From NCBI RefSeq assembly GCF_000283555.1, contig NC_016012.1, positions 750,001-782,000 on the forward strand: 32,000 nt of DNA, written 5' to 3'. The translations under genes and the position numbers were made by a program. The notes below the pieces were generated by a model, which worked only from the letters and a program-made list of their open reading frames with translations, was not told the DNA's origin and searched no databases. Below, piece after piece: positions 17,102-26,566 of the stretch (position 1 is its first letter; every line of letters starts with the position of its first letter). Origin of the DNA: Candidatus Arthromitus sp. SFB-rat-Yit. GTDB taxonomy: Bacteria > Bacillota > Clostridia > Clostridiales > Clostridiaceae.

Positions 17102-19342
17102 TTATATAAAAATGTATTTTGATTCTTCAACCTCATCAAGTCCTTTGTTTAAAAAATCTTCAATAATATTTTTCATATTTATTTTAATTATTTTAAGATT
17201 ATATTTCCCATCTTTATATTCATTTGTTTTTCCATCATCATAATAATATATTCCCTTTGCTACATCTCCATAAACATTAAAAGTTACCTTATTGGGTCTG
17301 TTCTCAGTATTTAAATATTTTTCATCATAAGTTGGTATTATGCTTCCTTCTTTAACAAAAATAATAACTTTATCTAAATCACATTTTATTTTATATCGTT
17401 TGTTACCGTTATAAATTTTATTACTCATAAAATCATACCATCTACCTTCTGGAAGATAAACAGTTTTATACATTTCTCCTTTATGTACTATCGGAGCAAT
17501 TAACATAGAATTTCCGAGCATAAATTCTTCTTTCATATTTATAACGTTTATATCATCTTGAAATTCCATGACAAGAGGTCTAAACAAAGGAAGACCATAT
17601 TTATGAGATTCATAGAAACATGTGTATATATAAGGCATCAATCTATATCTAAGCTCTATAGCATTTTTTGCTATTTTTTCAGCTCTTAAACCAAAAGACC
17701 ATGGTTCTTGCCTTCTTGTATATTTATTTGAATGATTTCTAAATATAGGAAGAAATGTTCCGATTTGCATCCATCTTATAAATAATTCTTCTTCACAATC
17801 TGACGAAAAACCCCCAACATCATTTCCAACAAAAGAAAAACCACTAATCCCTAAATTGCAATTCATTGGGATAGACATTCTGAGTTGACTCCACAAACTT
17901 GTATTATCTCCAGTCCAAATCGAAGTATATCTCTGACCTCCTGAATATATAGCTCTACTCATAGAAAAACTTCTTAAATTTTTATTTAATTCTTCCTGTG
18001 CTTCAAAAGAACATCTACTCATTTCAAGTCCATATCTGTTATGAAATTCCTTGTGCTCTAAAATCCCATAATCACCATTATGCAAACAATTCTCTGGTAT
18101 AGTTTTAAAGTCATTATTAAATACACATGGCTCATTCATGTCATTCCAAATTCCATCTATATTATAGTTAGCTATAAATTTTTTGAGTTCACTCTTCCAC
18201 CATTCCCTCGCCTGACTATTTGAAAAATCAGGAAATGCACTATCATTAGCCCACGCAGCTCCAATATATAAAGTTCCATCAGGATTTTTTACAAAATGAT
18301 CGCCATCTATACCATTTTTATAAACACTATAATTTTCATCAACTTTTACACCTGGGTCTAATATTGTTATTGTTTTAATCCCCTTACTTTTTAGAGTGCT
18401 TATGAGCGATTTCGCATCTTGAAACTCTGGAACTTTAAATGTCATTACTCTAAAACCATCCATGTAATCTATATCAAAATAAATTGCATCAAGAGGAATT
18501 TCTTTCTCTTCAAAAGTATTTACTATTTGAAGAATTTCTTTGCTATCCATATAACTAAATCTATTTTGTTGATATCCAAGACTCCAAAAAGGGGGCATAT
18601 CCATTTTTCCAGTTAGATTGCTATATTCACAAACAACATCTTTTATAGTTTCACCTAATATAAAATTATATTGTATATGCCCTCCTATAGCTCCGAAAAA
18701 TATTCTATCTTCATAGCTCCTTCCCATATCAAAAAAACTTCTAAAACTATTATCAAAGAATATCCCATAATTTTTTTCATCATTTAATGCCACATAGAAA
18801 GGTATTGTTTTATAAAAAACCAGAGATTTATCATCCGTTTCTGGATCGTCAGTATTAAAATTTTCCATATAACACCCTATTTTATTTAAATCTCCACCTC
18901 TTTCACCAAATCCATAATATGCATAACAATCATTAACTTTTGAAATATAAACATATCCATTTTCATCTTTAAAAGATGGCTCAAAATCCTCACACAAAAC
19001 ATTCCCAAATACATCTTTAAATGTAATTCTTGAATCAATCTTATTGACACAAGTTATTATTTTATCGCTCGATATGATTATTTCGTCCCCAATGTTTTGG
19101 GTTGTAAGAGTGATTTTATCATTCTTTAAAACAATTGAATTCGTATTTGATTTTTCGTCACATAAACCTCCGACAAATATTGACACAATGCTTTGATTAA
19201 TATATTCTACACAAACCTTTCTGAGATTGTAAAGTATAGTTACTGTATTTTCTTTTGAAATAATCTCCTCATAAACAAGGGGCTCTCCTTTATATGATTT
19301 AAATTTTTGATTTAAATTTTCTCTATATTTTAATTGTTCCAT
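17102..19342 (-). CDS. Glycoside hydrolase family 31 (alpha-glucosidase-like)
   Basis: IDYMDGFRVMTF, catalytic-nucleophile region IDGIWNDMNEPCVF, SRAIYSGGQRYTSIWTGDNTSLWSQLRMSIPMNCNLGISGFSFVGNDVGGF, LPIFRNHSNKYTRRQEPW. No signal peptide. Confidence 0.95.
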   Translation of the reverse strand: MEQLKYRENLNQKFKSYKGEPLVYEEIISKENTVTILYNLRKVCVEYINQSIVSIFVGGLCDEKSNTNSIVLKNDKITLTTQNIGDEIIISSDKIITCVNKIDSRITFKDVFGNVLCEDFEPSFKDENGYVYISKVNDCYAYYGFGERGGDLNKIGCYMENFNTDDPETDDKSLVFYKTIPFYVALNDEKNYGIFFDNSFRSFFDMGRSYEDRIFFGAIGGHIQYNFILGETIKDVVCEYSNLTGKMDMPPFWSLGYQQNRFSYMDSKEILQIVNTFEEKEIPLDAIYFDIDYMDGFRVMTFKVPEFQDAKSLISTLKSKGIKTITILDPGVKVDENYSVYKNGIDGDHFVKNPDGTLYIGAAWANDSAFPDFSNSQAREWWKSELKKFIANYNIDGIWNDMNEPCVFNNDFKTIPENCLHNGDYGILEHKEFHNRYGLEMSRCSFEAQEELNKNLRSFSMSRAIYSGGQRYTSIWTGDNTSLWSQLRMSIPMNCNLGISGFSFVGNDVGGFSSDCEEELFIRWMQIGTFLPIFRNHSNKYTRRQEPWSFGLRAEKIAKNAIELRYRLMPYIYTCFYESHKYGLPLFRPLVMEFQDDINVINMKEEFMLGNSMLIAPIVHKGEMYKTVYLPEGRWYDFMSNKIYNGNKRYKIKCDLDKVIIFVKEGSIIPTYDEKYLNTENRPNKVTFNVYGDVAKGIYYYDDGKTNEYKDGKYNLKIIKINMKNIIEDFLNKGLDEVEESKYIFI

Positions 19343-19470
19343 TTTATCTTCTCCCTAAATTTTTATTTAGTCTAACACAAATAACAAGGAATGTTTTAAT
19401 ATTAATGAAACAATATTGAATTTTACCATACAAAATATAAATTTTTCATTACATACAAATTTAGTATAAA

Positions 19471-19504
19471 AAAGCATTTGGCTAAAAATTAAGCCAAATG
19501 CTTT
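19471..19504 (-). terminator. Terminator of the pdxS-pdxT operon
   Basis: Perfect 13-bp stem AAAGCATTTGGCT/AGCCAAATGCTTT with an 8-nt loop, T-rich on the minus strand, abutting the pdxT stop. Confidence 0.8.
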
Positions 19505-20082
19505 TATTTTAATTTAAATTTGCAACATTTATCCAAGAAATATTTATGGATTCTATCATCTTCTGTCAACTCTGGATGAAAAGATAATGCGATTTGATTG
19601 TTATATTCAACACCAACAATTTTGTTATCAACCTTGCTTAAAATTTCAACTCGAGGAGTTACGTGGGATATATATGGGGCACGTATAAATCTCATTGGGA
19701 AAACACCGATATTTTTAATTTCATGATCAATAGAGAAACTTCCTAATTGCCTTCCATATGCATTCCTTTTTATTGTCATTGGGATAGTTCCAAAACATAC
19801 ATTCCCTTCTCCTTCAATTTTTTCTGAAAGTAATATAGCTCCAGCACAAGTCCCCATAACAGGGAGTCCTATCAATATTTTTTCTTTAAGATCATTAAAC
19901 ATATCTAGATCATATAACAGCTTTCTCATCACTGTACTTTCACCACCAGGCAATATAAGTCCATCAAAATCCATATTTACATGAAATTTCTGTCTTATTT
20001 CAATACATTCAACTCCGAGTTTTTTTAAAATATTTTTATGTTCAATAAAAGCTCCTTGCACAGATAAAATTCCTATTTTCAT
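19504..20082 (-). CDS. pdxT: Pyridoxal 5'-phosphate synthase glutaminase subunit PdxT
   Basis: MKIGILSVQGAFIEHKNILKKLGVE; LILPGGESTVM; PVMGTCAGAILLS; ISFHPELTED. Confidence 0.97.
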   Translation of the reverse strand: MKIGILSVQGAFIEHKNILKKLGVECIEIRQKFHVNMDFDGLILPGGESTVMRKLLYDLDMFNDLKEKILIGLPVMGTCAGAILLSEKIEGEGNVCFGTIPMTIKRNAYGRQLGSFSIDHEIKNIGVFPMRFIRAPYISHVTPRVEILSKVDNKIVGVEYNNQIALSFHPELTEDDRIHKYFLDKCCKFKLK

Positions 20083-20088
20083 ATACAA

Positions 20089-20964
20089 CTATTTACCTCT
20101 TTCAGACATAAGAAGTTCAATTTCATCTGGATTAATTCCAACCATTGCTTCTCCAAGATCTTCAGATAATTTAGCAATAAGTTTACTATCATTATAATTT
20201 GTAACAGCTTGTACAATAGATGTTGCTCTTTTTACAGGGTTTCCCGATTTGAAAATTCCTGATCCTACAAAAACACCTTCTGCTCCGAGTTGCATCATAA
20301 GTGCAGCATCTGCAGGAGTAGCAATTCCACCAGCTGCAAAATTAACAACAGGCAACCTTTTATTTTCATGAACATAACATAAGAGATCATAAGGAACCTG
20401 AAGTTCTTTAGCTACATTATAAAGTTCATCTTCCCTCATCGATGAAACTTTAGATATTTCACAATTCATTTTTCTCATGTGTCTAACTGCTTGCACGATA
20501 TCTCCTGTACCTGGCTCACCCTTTGTTCTTATCATGCTAGCACCTTCATTAATTCTTCTTAAAGCTTCTCCTAAATCTTTTGCACCACAAACAAAAGGAA
20601 CATTAAAATTTCTTTTATTAATGTGTAAAATATCATCAGCAGGCGATAAAACTTCACTTTCATCAATATAATCAATCTCTATTGCTTCTAATATTTGTGC
20701 TTCAACAAAATGACCAATACGACATTTTGCCATAACTGGAATAGAAACAGCTTCTTGAATTCCTTTTATCATTTTCGGATCACTCATGCGAGATACTCCA
20801 CCAGCTGCACGAATATCTGCAGGTATACGTTCTAAAGCCATAACAGCACAAGCTCCTGACTCTTCAGCAATTTTTGCTTGCTCAGGTGTAGTAACATCCA
20901 TAATAACTCCACCCTTTAGCATTTTTGCTAATTCTTTGTTCAATTCATAACGATTATTATTCAC
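20089..20964 (-). CDS. pdxS: Pyridoxal 5'-phosphate synthase lyase subunit PdxS
   Basis: [49 protein letters not shown]; [14 protein letters not shown]; [14 protein letters not shown]. Confidence 0.98.
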   Translation of the reverse strand: MNNNRYELNKELAKMLKGGVIMDVTTPEQAKIAEESGACAVMALERIPADIRAAGGVSRMSDPKMIKGIQEAVSIPVMAKCRIGHFVEAQILEAIEIDYIDESEVLSPADDILHINKRNFNVPFVCGAKDLGEALRRINEGASMIRTKGEPGTGDIVQAVRHMRKMNCEISKVSSMREDELYNVAKELQVPYDLLCYVHENKRLPVVNFAAGGIATPADAALMMQLGAEGVFVGSGIFKSGNPVKRATSIVQAVTNYNDSKLIAKLSEDLGEAMVGINPDEIELLMSERGK

Positions 20965-21046
20965 TTAAACATTACCTCCATAATAACTAAAGTTTTAAAT
21001 TAATTATAGCACCTCAAAACTTTTAAAGGAAACAAACAAAAAAAGA

Positions 21047-21065
21047 CTGTACAAAAATTGTACAG
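21047..21065 (-). terminator. Terminator of the DUF4214 secreted protein gene
   Basis: CTGTACAA-AAA-TTGTACAG stem-loop followed on the minus strand by TC and a T-run. Confidence 0.8.
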
Positions 21066-21076
21066 CCTAAAAATTT

Positions 21077-21979
21077 TTAATAAATACCTAAAGATGATAA
21101 TATACCACTAAATTCTTGTCCATTTGTCATTTCTTCAATAACATCTACCAAAGCTTTATTTTGAATATTGTGCATAGTTAACTCTTGATTGTATTTTGAT
21201 ACCCAATAATTAAATCCTTCTTGATCTGGATCTCTTTGGAATATACCTTTATAAAGAGCTCTTATTTTATCTTGAGTTGATGGTGCAACTTGCATAAACT
21301 CAGCTTCAACTAAAAGATTTTTAAAGAAATCTTTTAATGTTGTCTGACCAGTTGACAATCTTCCACTCCAGTAATCTAACCCTTGTGTATCGATACTTCT
21401 ATTAAATACATTTGTGTAAACTGTATTTAAATAATTGCTTAACGCTTGGCTATTTACATTTGATGGTGGTGGAGTTGGTGTTGGCACTGGAGTTGGAACT
21501 GGAGTCGGTGTTGGCGCTGGAGTTGGTGTTGGCGCTGGAGTAGTTGCCCCACCTCTAACAGTAAAAGGATTGATATTATAAATATAATCTATATCTCTAA
21601 AATCATCTTCAAATGTTAAACGCATATAACTATAAGTAACTCCTGGCATTAAACCGTATATTATAACGTTATTACCACTTCTTACATCTTCTACACCCTC
21701 AGGATCTCCATCAACACTAGATTTATAATTTCCCATACCAGCAGGAATTGGAATAGTAACTGCATAACTTCCATAATAAGTTGTTTCACCACTTACAGAA
21801 ACAGTTCCTTTATAAATATTTTGTCCATCTCTGGCATTATGTATTGCTGCTTTTGCGTCAGTATTATGTAATGTAGATGCTTGTACACTAGTAGCTCCAG
21901 CTAAAAACATAGACGAAAAAACTAAAACAGATGCTACAACTTTCTTTATTTTTCTAAAATTCATTAAATTTTCCTCCAA
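21077..21979 (-). CDS. Secreted protein: N-terminal domain of unknown fold, Pro-Thr-rich linker, C-terminal DUF4214 domain
   Basis: Signal peptide MNFRKIKKVVASVLVFSSMFLAGATSVQAS; linker TTPAPTPTPAPTPTPVPTPVPTPTPPP; DUF4214-like LNTVYTNVFNRSIDTQGLDYWSGRLSTGQTTLKDFFKNLL and ALYKGIFQRDPDQEGFNYWVSKY. Confidence 0.82.
   Translation of the reverse strand: MEENLMNFRKIKKVVASVLVFSSMFLAGATSVQASTLHNTDAKAAIHNARDGQNIYKGTVSVSGETTYYGSYAVTIPIPAGMGNYKSSVDGDPEGVEDVRSGNNVIIYGLMPGVTYSYMRLTFEDDFRDIDYIYNINPFTVRGGATTPAPTPTPAPTPTPVPTPVPTPTPPPSNVNSQALSNYLNTVYTNVFNRSIDTQGLDYWSGRLSTGQTTLKDFFKNLLVEAEFMQVAPSTQDKIRALYKGIFQRDPDQEGFNYWVSKYNQELTMHNIQNKALVDVIEEMTNGQEFSGILSSLGIY
21471..21536 (-). repeat. In-frame tandem repeat encoding the Pro-Thr linker
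   Basis: Plus-strand units GGAGTTGGTGTTGGCACT, GGAGTTGGAACT, GGAGTCGGTGTTGGCGCT, GGAGTTGGTGTTGGCGCT (18-bp unit, one 12-bp short unit). Confidence 0.8.
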
Positions 21980-22002
21980 ATTTTATAAATAGCATTGCAA
22001 GT

Positions 22003-22032
22003 ATTATATATAATAATTCGTTCTTTAGTCAA
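22003..22032 (-). promoter_or_regulatory. Near-consensus sigma-A promoter of the DUF4214 secreted protein gene
   Basis: Minus strand TTGACT, 18-bp spacer, TATAAT, upstream of a TTTGGAGG RBS. Confidence 0.75.
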
Positions 22033-22075
22033 CCAACTTTATACAAATGATAAATATTTCCCCAAAAATTTTTAA

Positions 22076-22273
22076 TTACTTTTTTAAAAGCGTCAAAATA
22101 CCTTGTAAAGTTAATCCTATAATTAAAAAAATTATTAGACCTATTATAATTGCCCATATCCAATCTGAAGATCCATTACCATTTCTACCAATAATAATTG
22201 CAACCAATAGTCCGATGAACAGAGAGGCTGCCCAAAAAGCTCCTATAGATGAATCAATTTTATTTGGATACAT
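22076..22273 (-). CDS. Small membrane protein, 65 aa, unknown function
   Basis: Two strongly hydrophobic segments (AFWAASLFIGLLVAIIIG, WIWAIIIGLIIFLIIGLTLQGIL); minus strand like its neighbours. Confidence 0.65.
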   Translation of the reverse strand: MYPNKIDSSIGAFWAASLFIGLLVAIIIGRNGNGSSDWIWAIIIGLIIFLIIGLTLQGILTLLKK

Positions 22274-22401
22274 TCATCTCAACTCCATTTCATTTCATTT
22301 AAAATTTATAATCATGCAATCACATTAATTATAAAAAATAATCTCAAATATGTAAATAAAATTTTACAAACAAGTTATAAAATTAATTTAAAGATAAAAA
22401 A

Positions 22402-22430
22402 TTAAGCATTTACATAATGTAAATGCTTAA
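22402..22430 (-). terminator. Terminator of spoIVA
   Basis: Perfect 13-bp stem TTAAGCATTTACA/TGTAAATGCTTAA, 3-nt loop, T-run on the minus strand. Confidence 0.85.
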
Positions 22431-22446
22431 TTTAACAATATATAGA

Positions 22447-23943
22447 TTAAAGAATTATACAAATCAAACCGCCACTACCTTCATTAACAATCTTTTGTAA
22501 TGTCCTCTGAATTTTTGCTTGAACATCATCTGGCATCTTATATAATTTGTTTTGAAGTCCCTCTTTAACTAATACTTCCAAGCTTTTTCCAAACATATTT
22601 GATTGCCACATACTAGATGGATCATTTTCGAATTGTTCAAGTAAAGATTTAACAAGCTCTTCAGTTTCTCTTTCTGTTCCCATTATAGGAGATATTTCAG
22701 TTTGAATATCAGCTTTAATTAAATGTAACGATGGTGCAGATGCTTTTAGTTTTACTCCATAACGTGTACCTTGTCTTATAATTTCAGGCTCTTCAAATCT
22801 CATTTCAGATAATTGAGGTGCAACTAAACCATATCCAGTTTCTCTAACATCATTTAAAGCTTGTTCAACTTTACTATATTCAACCTTAGCTTTATATAAA
22901 TCCTTTATAAATTCTAATAAATGTCCTTCGTCTTGAATCTCTTGTCCACATATTTCACTTAATATTTTGTAGAAAATATTACTATGAACATTAAATTTAA
23001 TTCTAGATTTTCCATTTCCAAGACTAGTTTCTACTATATCTATTCCACTTACAACCTCATCTTTTTCAACTATATAATCAGTAATCTTTTTAACATCGCT
23101 GATCTTATTTATATCTTGACTCATCTCTCTTATTAAAGATATGAAATTTTCTTTTAACCAATGTTTAGGATCAAGTCCATTTATCCAACTAGGCAAATCT
23201 ATATGAAGTTCTTTAACAGGAAATTCTGTCAATACTCTCTTAAATAATTTCTCTATATCTTCTTCTGTCATTTTAGCAATATCTATTGCTACAACTGGAA
23301 CATCATATTTTTCTTCAAGATTTAATTTTAACTCCTGAGTTTCAAATGTGTCAGGGTGTTTTGTATTTAAAACTACTACAAAAGGTTTATTTATACTTTT
23401 AAGATCAAGAATTACTCTTTCTTCAGCATCAACATAACTCTCTCTATCTATTCCTGTAAAAGAACCATCTGTAGTAACAACTACTCCAACAGTTGAATGG
23501 TCTGTTATAACTTTTCTTGTGCCAATTTCGGCAGCTTCTTCGAAAGCAATTTCTTCATCAAACCAGGGAGTTTTAACCATTTTAGGAGTATCTCCTTCTA
23601 AATGTCCTAAAGCCTCATCGACTATGTATCCAACACAATCAACTAATCTAACTTTTAATTTTAAGTTTTCATTAAAATTAATTTCAACTGCTTCATTAGG
23701 TATAAATTTAGGTTCAGTTGTATGAATGCTTTTTCCAGATCCACTTTGAGGTAATTCATCCCTAGCTCTTTCTTTTTTAAATGAATTTTCGATACGAGGA
23801 ATTACCATTTTATCCATAAAAGTTTTTATGAAAGTTGATTTTCCTGTTCTAACTGGTCCAACAACTCCTATATAGATGTCACCTTGCGTTCTTTTTGCTA
23901 TGTCTTCGTATATATTTAAGTTTTCCAATCTAAGTACCTCCAC
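22447..23943 (-). CDS. spoIVA: Stage IV sporulation protein A (spore coat morphogenetic ATPase)
   Basis: IYEDIAKRTQGDIYIGVVGPVRTGKSTFIKTFMDKMVIP; VRLVDCVGYIVDEALGHLEGDTPKMVKTPWFDEEIAFEEAAEIGTRKVITDHSTVGVVVTTDGS; C-terminal DVQAKIQRTLQKIVNEGSGGLICIIL. Confidence 0.98.
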   Translation of the reverse strand: MEVLRLENLNIYEDIAKRTQGDIYIGVVGPVRTGKSTFIKTFMDKMVIPRIENSFKKERARDELPQSGSGKSIHTTEPKFIPNEAVEINFNENLKLKVRLVDCVGYIVDEALGHLEGDTPKMVKTPWFDEEIAFEEAAEIGTRKVITDHSTVGVVVTTDGSFTGIDRESYVDAEERVILDLKSINKPFVVVLNTKHPDTFETQELKLNLEEKYDVPVVAIDIAKMTEEDIEKLFKRVLTEFPVKELHIDLPSWINGLDPKHWLKENFISLIREMSQDINKISDVKKITDYIVEKDEVVSGIDIVETSLGNGKSRIKFNVHSNIFYKILSEICGQEIQDEGHLLEFIKDLYKAKVEYSKVEQALNDVRETGYGLVAPQLSEMRFEEPEIIRQGTRYGVKLKASAPSLHLIKADIQTEISPIMGTERETEELVKSLLEQFENDPSSMWQSNMFGKSLEVLVKEGLQNKLYKMPDDVQAKIQRTLQKIVNEGSGGLICIIL

Positions 23944-24027
23944 AATTTAACTTAATCTATTAAAATATATATTTTCTTTTTTTAACTTTATGACATTTAA
24001 TACTAATAATTATTAAAAACAAAAATA

Positions 24028-24054
24028 GAGTACCGCTAAAATTTAGCAATACTC
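24028..24054 (-). terminator. Terminator of the der-gpsA transcript
   Basis: Minus-strand RNA GAGUAUUGCUAAA/UUUAGCGGUACUC pairs fully with two G-U wobbles, then UAUUUUUGUUUUU. Confidence 0.75.
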
Positions 24055-24086
24055 CATGCAAAAATTATTTTCTAATAATTTTAAAT

Positions 24087-25085
24087 TTATATATTGAGAT
24101 TTTCATCTTTTTTATTCCTTGACATTAATGCTGTTTCTATATAATGCAATTCTTTATTATTGTACAATACTTCATAAATAGATTCTATTATGGGAACCTC
24201 AATGTTTTTTTCTTTCGCAATATTATAGAATATTTTACAAGCTGTTACTCCTTCAACAACCATACCTATTTTTTCAATAGCTTCATTAAGTTTCATTCCT
24301 TGACCAATAAGTAAACCACATTTTCTATTTCTACTATGATTGCTTAGACAAGTAACAATTAAATCCCCAATTCCTGTTAAACCGAAGAACGTTTCTAAGT
24401 GTCCTCCCATTGCAATACCCATCTTTACAAGATCATTTAAAGATCTTGTAATAATAGCTGCACTTGAATTATCTCCATATCCCATACCATTAATAATTCC
24501 TATAGCTAAAGCGATTATATTTTTCATCGCTCCACCTATTTCAACTCCAACAATATCTGGATTTGTATAAATTCTCAAAACATCATTCGATAATGTATCT
24601 CTAATTAAAATTGCTTTATCCATATTTTTTGAAGTAGCAACAAGTGCTGTGGGCTGTTTTGCTGCAACTTCTTCTGCATGACTCGGACCAGATAAAACAA
24701 CAATTGAATTATTTGGAAACTCCTCTTCCAAAACCTCAGACAATCTTTTATATGTACTTAACTCTATTCCTTTAGACAAACAAACTATAATAGCATTTTG
24801 CTTTAATTTATTATGTATTTTCTTTGATATTTCTCTTATAGCTTGCGATGGAACTGAAAGAAAGATAATATCACTATCATAAACAGCTTCATCAATATCA
24901 TTTGTTGCTATAACTTTTTCGGGAATGATGACGTTTTTCAAATATTTTATATTTTTTCTGTCACAATTAATCCCAGAAACGACATCTACATTTCTATCAT
25001 ACATTTTGATATTAAAATTATATTGTGAGAAAATCACAGCAAGTGCTGTCCCAAAACTTCCACTACCTAAAAATGTTAAATTCAT
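24087..25085 (-). CDS. gpsA: NAD(P)-dependent glycerol-3-phosphate dehydrogenase
   Basis: [12 protein letters not shown]; [13 protein letters not shown]; [19 protein letters not shown]; [23 protein letters not shown]. Confidence 0.97.
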   Translation of the reverse strand: MNLTFLGSGSFGTALAVIFSQYNFNIKMYDRNVDVVSGINCDRKNIKYLKNVIIPEKVIATNDIDEAVYDSDIIFLSVPSQAIREISKKIHNKLKQNAIIVCLSKGIELSTYKRLSEVLEEEFPNNSIVVLSGPSHAEEVAAKQPTALVATSKNMDKAILIRDTLSNDVLRIYTNPDIVGVEIGGAMKNIIALAIGIINGMGYGDNSSAAIITRSLNDLVKMGIAMGGHLETFFGLTGIGDLIVTCLSNHSRNRKCGLLIGQGMKLNEAIEKIGMVVEGVTACKIFYNIAKEKNIEVPIIESIYEVLYNNKELHYIETALMSRNKKDENLNI

Positions 25086-26404
25086 TTCTTTTCTTTCCTC
25101 TCCTTATAATGTATGTCTATGCCTGTCCCCTCAAAGTCAAAGCTTTCTCTTATTTGATTATGAAGATATCTTGTATATGAAAAGTGTAGGGTTTTTTCAT
25201 CATTTATGAAAAATATAAATTTAGGCGGTTTGATATCAACTTGAGTACAATAATATATTTTTAATCTTTTTAGACCAACTATTGGAGGTTCTTTTATCAT
25301 AGTAGCTCTTCCAATAATTTCATTTAAAATTCCTGTTGGAACTCTTCTTGAATAATTATCATAACATTTTTTGGCAATTTTTAAAACTTGATGAATTCGC
25401 TGTCCTGTTAATGCAGATATAAATAGATACGGAGCATATGTAACAAAGCTAAGTTGATTTTGTATGTTCTTTTTAAATTCATTATAAGTTTTATCATTTT
25501 TCTCTACGATATCCCATTTATTTACAAGTATGACTATGGCTTTATTTCTTTCATGTGCATAACCAAGTATTTTTTCATCTTGCTCTGTCACCCCTTGAGT
25601 TGCATCAATCATAAGTATACAAACGTCACATCTATCGATACTATAAAGACTACGAATAACACTGTAATGCTCAATATTCTCTTTAATTTTTGACTTCTTC
25701 CTAATACCAGCTGTATCTATTAAATTAAATTTTCCAATTTCATTTTCAAAATATGTATCAATAGAATCTCTAGTTGTACCAGCTAAATCACTCACTATAG
25801 ACCTATTATATCCTAATAACTTATTTATCAATGAGGATTTACCTACATTAGGTTTACCGACAAAGGCAATTTTAACAATATCTTCCTCATCTTCTTCAAT
25901 TTCTATATCATCGAAATGTTTAACAAGTTCATCAAGCATATCACCAAGACCCAAAGCTTGAGTTGATGATATAGAACAAGGCTCACCTAAACCAAATTCA
26001 TAAAATTCATAAAAATTCATTTCATCTTTTTTAGAATCAATTTTGTTTACAACAAGTATTATAGGTTTTTTACTTTTGCGTAGTATTCTCGCAATTTCTC
26101 TATCCCCATCTACAAGACCAGATTTTCCATCTACAAGAAATAAAATAACATCAGCAGTTTCTATTGCAAGCTCTGTTTGAATCCTCATATTTTTAAACAT
26201 ATCATCACTTGTTTTAAATTCAATACCACCAGTATCAATCATTATGAATTTATGATTAAGCCATTCTGCATCTCTGTAAATTCTATCACGAGTAACTCCT
26301 GGAGAATCATCAACTATAGAAACTCTATCCCCAACAATTTTATTAAATAATGTAGATTTTCCCACATTAGGACGACCAACAATTGCAACGATTGGTTTTT
26401 TCAT
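25082..26404 (-). CDS. der: Ribosome-associated GTPase Der (EngA), two tandem G domains
   Basis: [26 protein letters not shown] and [36 protein letters not shown]; KH-like C-terminus. 4-bp overlap with gpsA. Confidence 0.98.
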   Translation of the reverse strand: MKKPIVAIVGRPNVGKSTLFNKIVGDRVSIVDDSPGVTRDRIYRDAEWLNHKFIMIDTGGIEFKTSDDMFKNMRIQTELAIETADVILFLVDGKSGLVDGDREIARILRKSKKPIILVVNKIDSKKDEMNFYEFYEFGLGEPCSISSTQALGLGDMLDELVKHFDDIEIEEDEEDIVKIAFVGKPNVGKSSLINKLLGYNRSIVSDLAGTTRDSIDTYFENEIGKFNLIDTAGIRKKSKIKENIEHYSVIRSLYSIDRCDVCILMIDATQGVTEQDEKILGYAHERNKAIVILVNKWDIVEKNDKTYNEFKKNIQNQLSFVTYAPYLFISALTGQRIHQVLKIAKKCYDNYSRRVPTGILNEIIGRATMIKEPPIVGLKRLKIYYCTQVDIKPPKFIFFINDEKTLHFSYTRYLHNQIRESFDFEGTGIDIHYKERKEKK

Positions 26405-26529
26405 TTTTTATTCCTCCAATATATCTAGAAATAAAATATGTTTTTAATTTAAACTCATAAATTATTTAATCTTAATTTTATGTACTTATTGTATTATAAC
26501 ACAATATTTATTTCTAATTAAATAAAAAG

Positions 26530-26551
26530 GTACAGTTGCTACACTGTACCA
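26530..26551 (-). terminator. Terminator of the M28 peptidase gene
   Basis: GGTACAGT/ACTGTACC stem, 6-nt loop, TTTTTATTT on the minus strand. Confidence 0.82.
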
Positions 26552-26566
26552 AAATATAAACTTATA

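Noticed and set aside
20477-20671. Plus-strand ORF opposite pdxS
   Set aside because: Antisense to a highly conserved housekeeping gene.
20965-21046. Possible riboswitch upstream of pdxS
   Set aside because: Only ~80 bp of AT-rich DNA after the preceding terminator, with no stable conserved structure by eye.
22047-22328. Plus-strand 93-aa ORF opposite the 65-aa small membrane protein
   Set aside because: Overlaps the minus-strand candidate, which fits neighbour orientation and has a membrane-protein pattern; the plus frame has no clear RBS or domain.
24340-25209. Plus-strand ORFs opposite gpsA and der
   Set aside because: Antisense to well-supported housekeeping CDSs.
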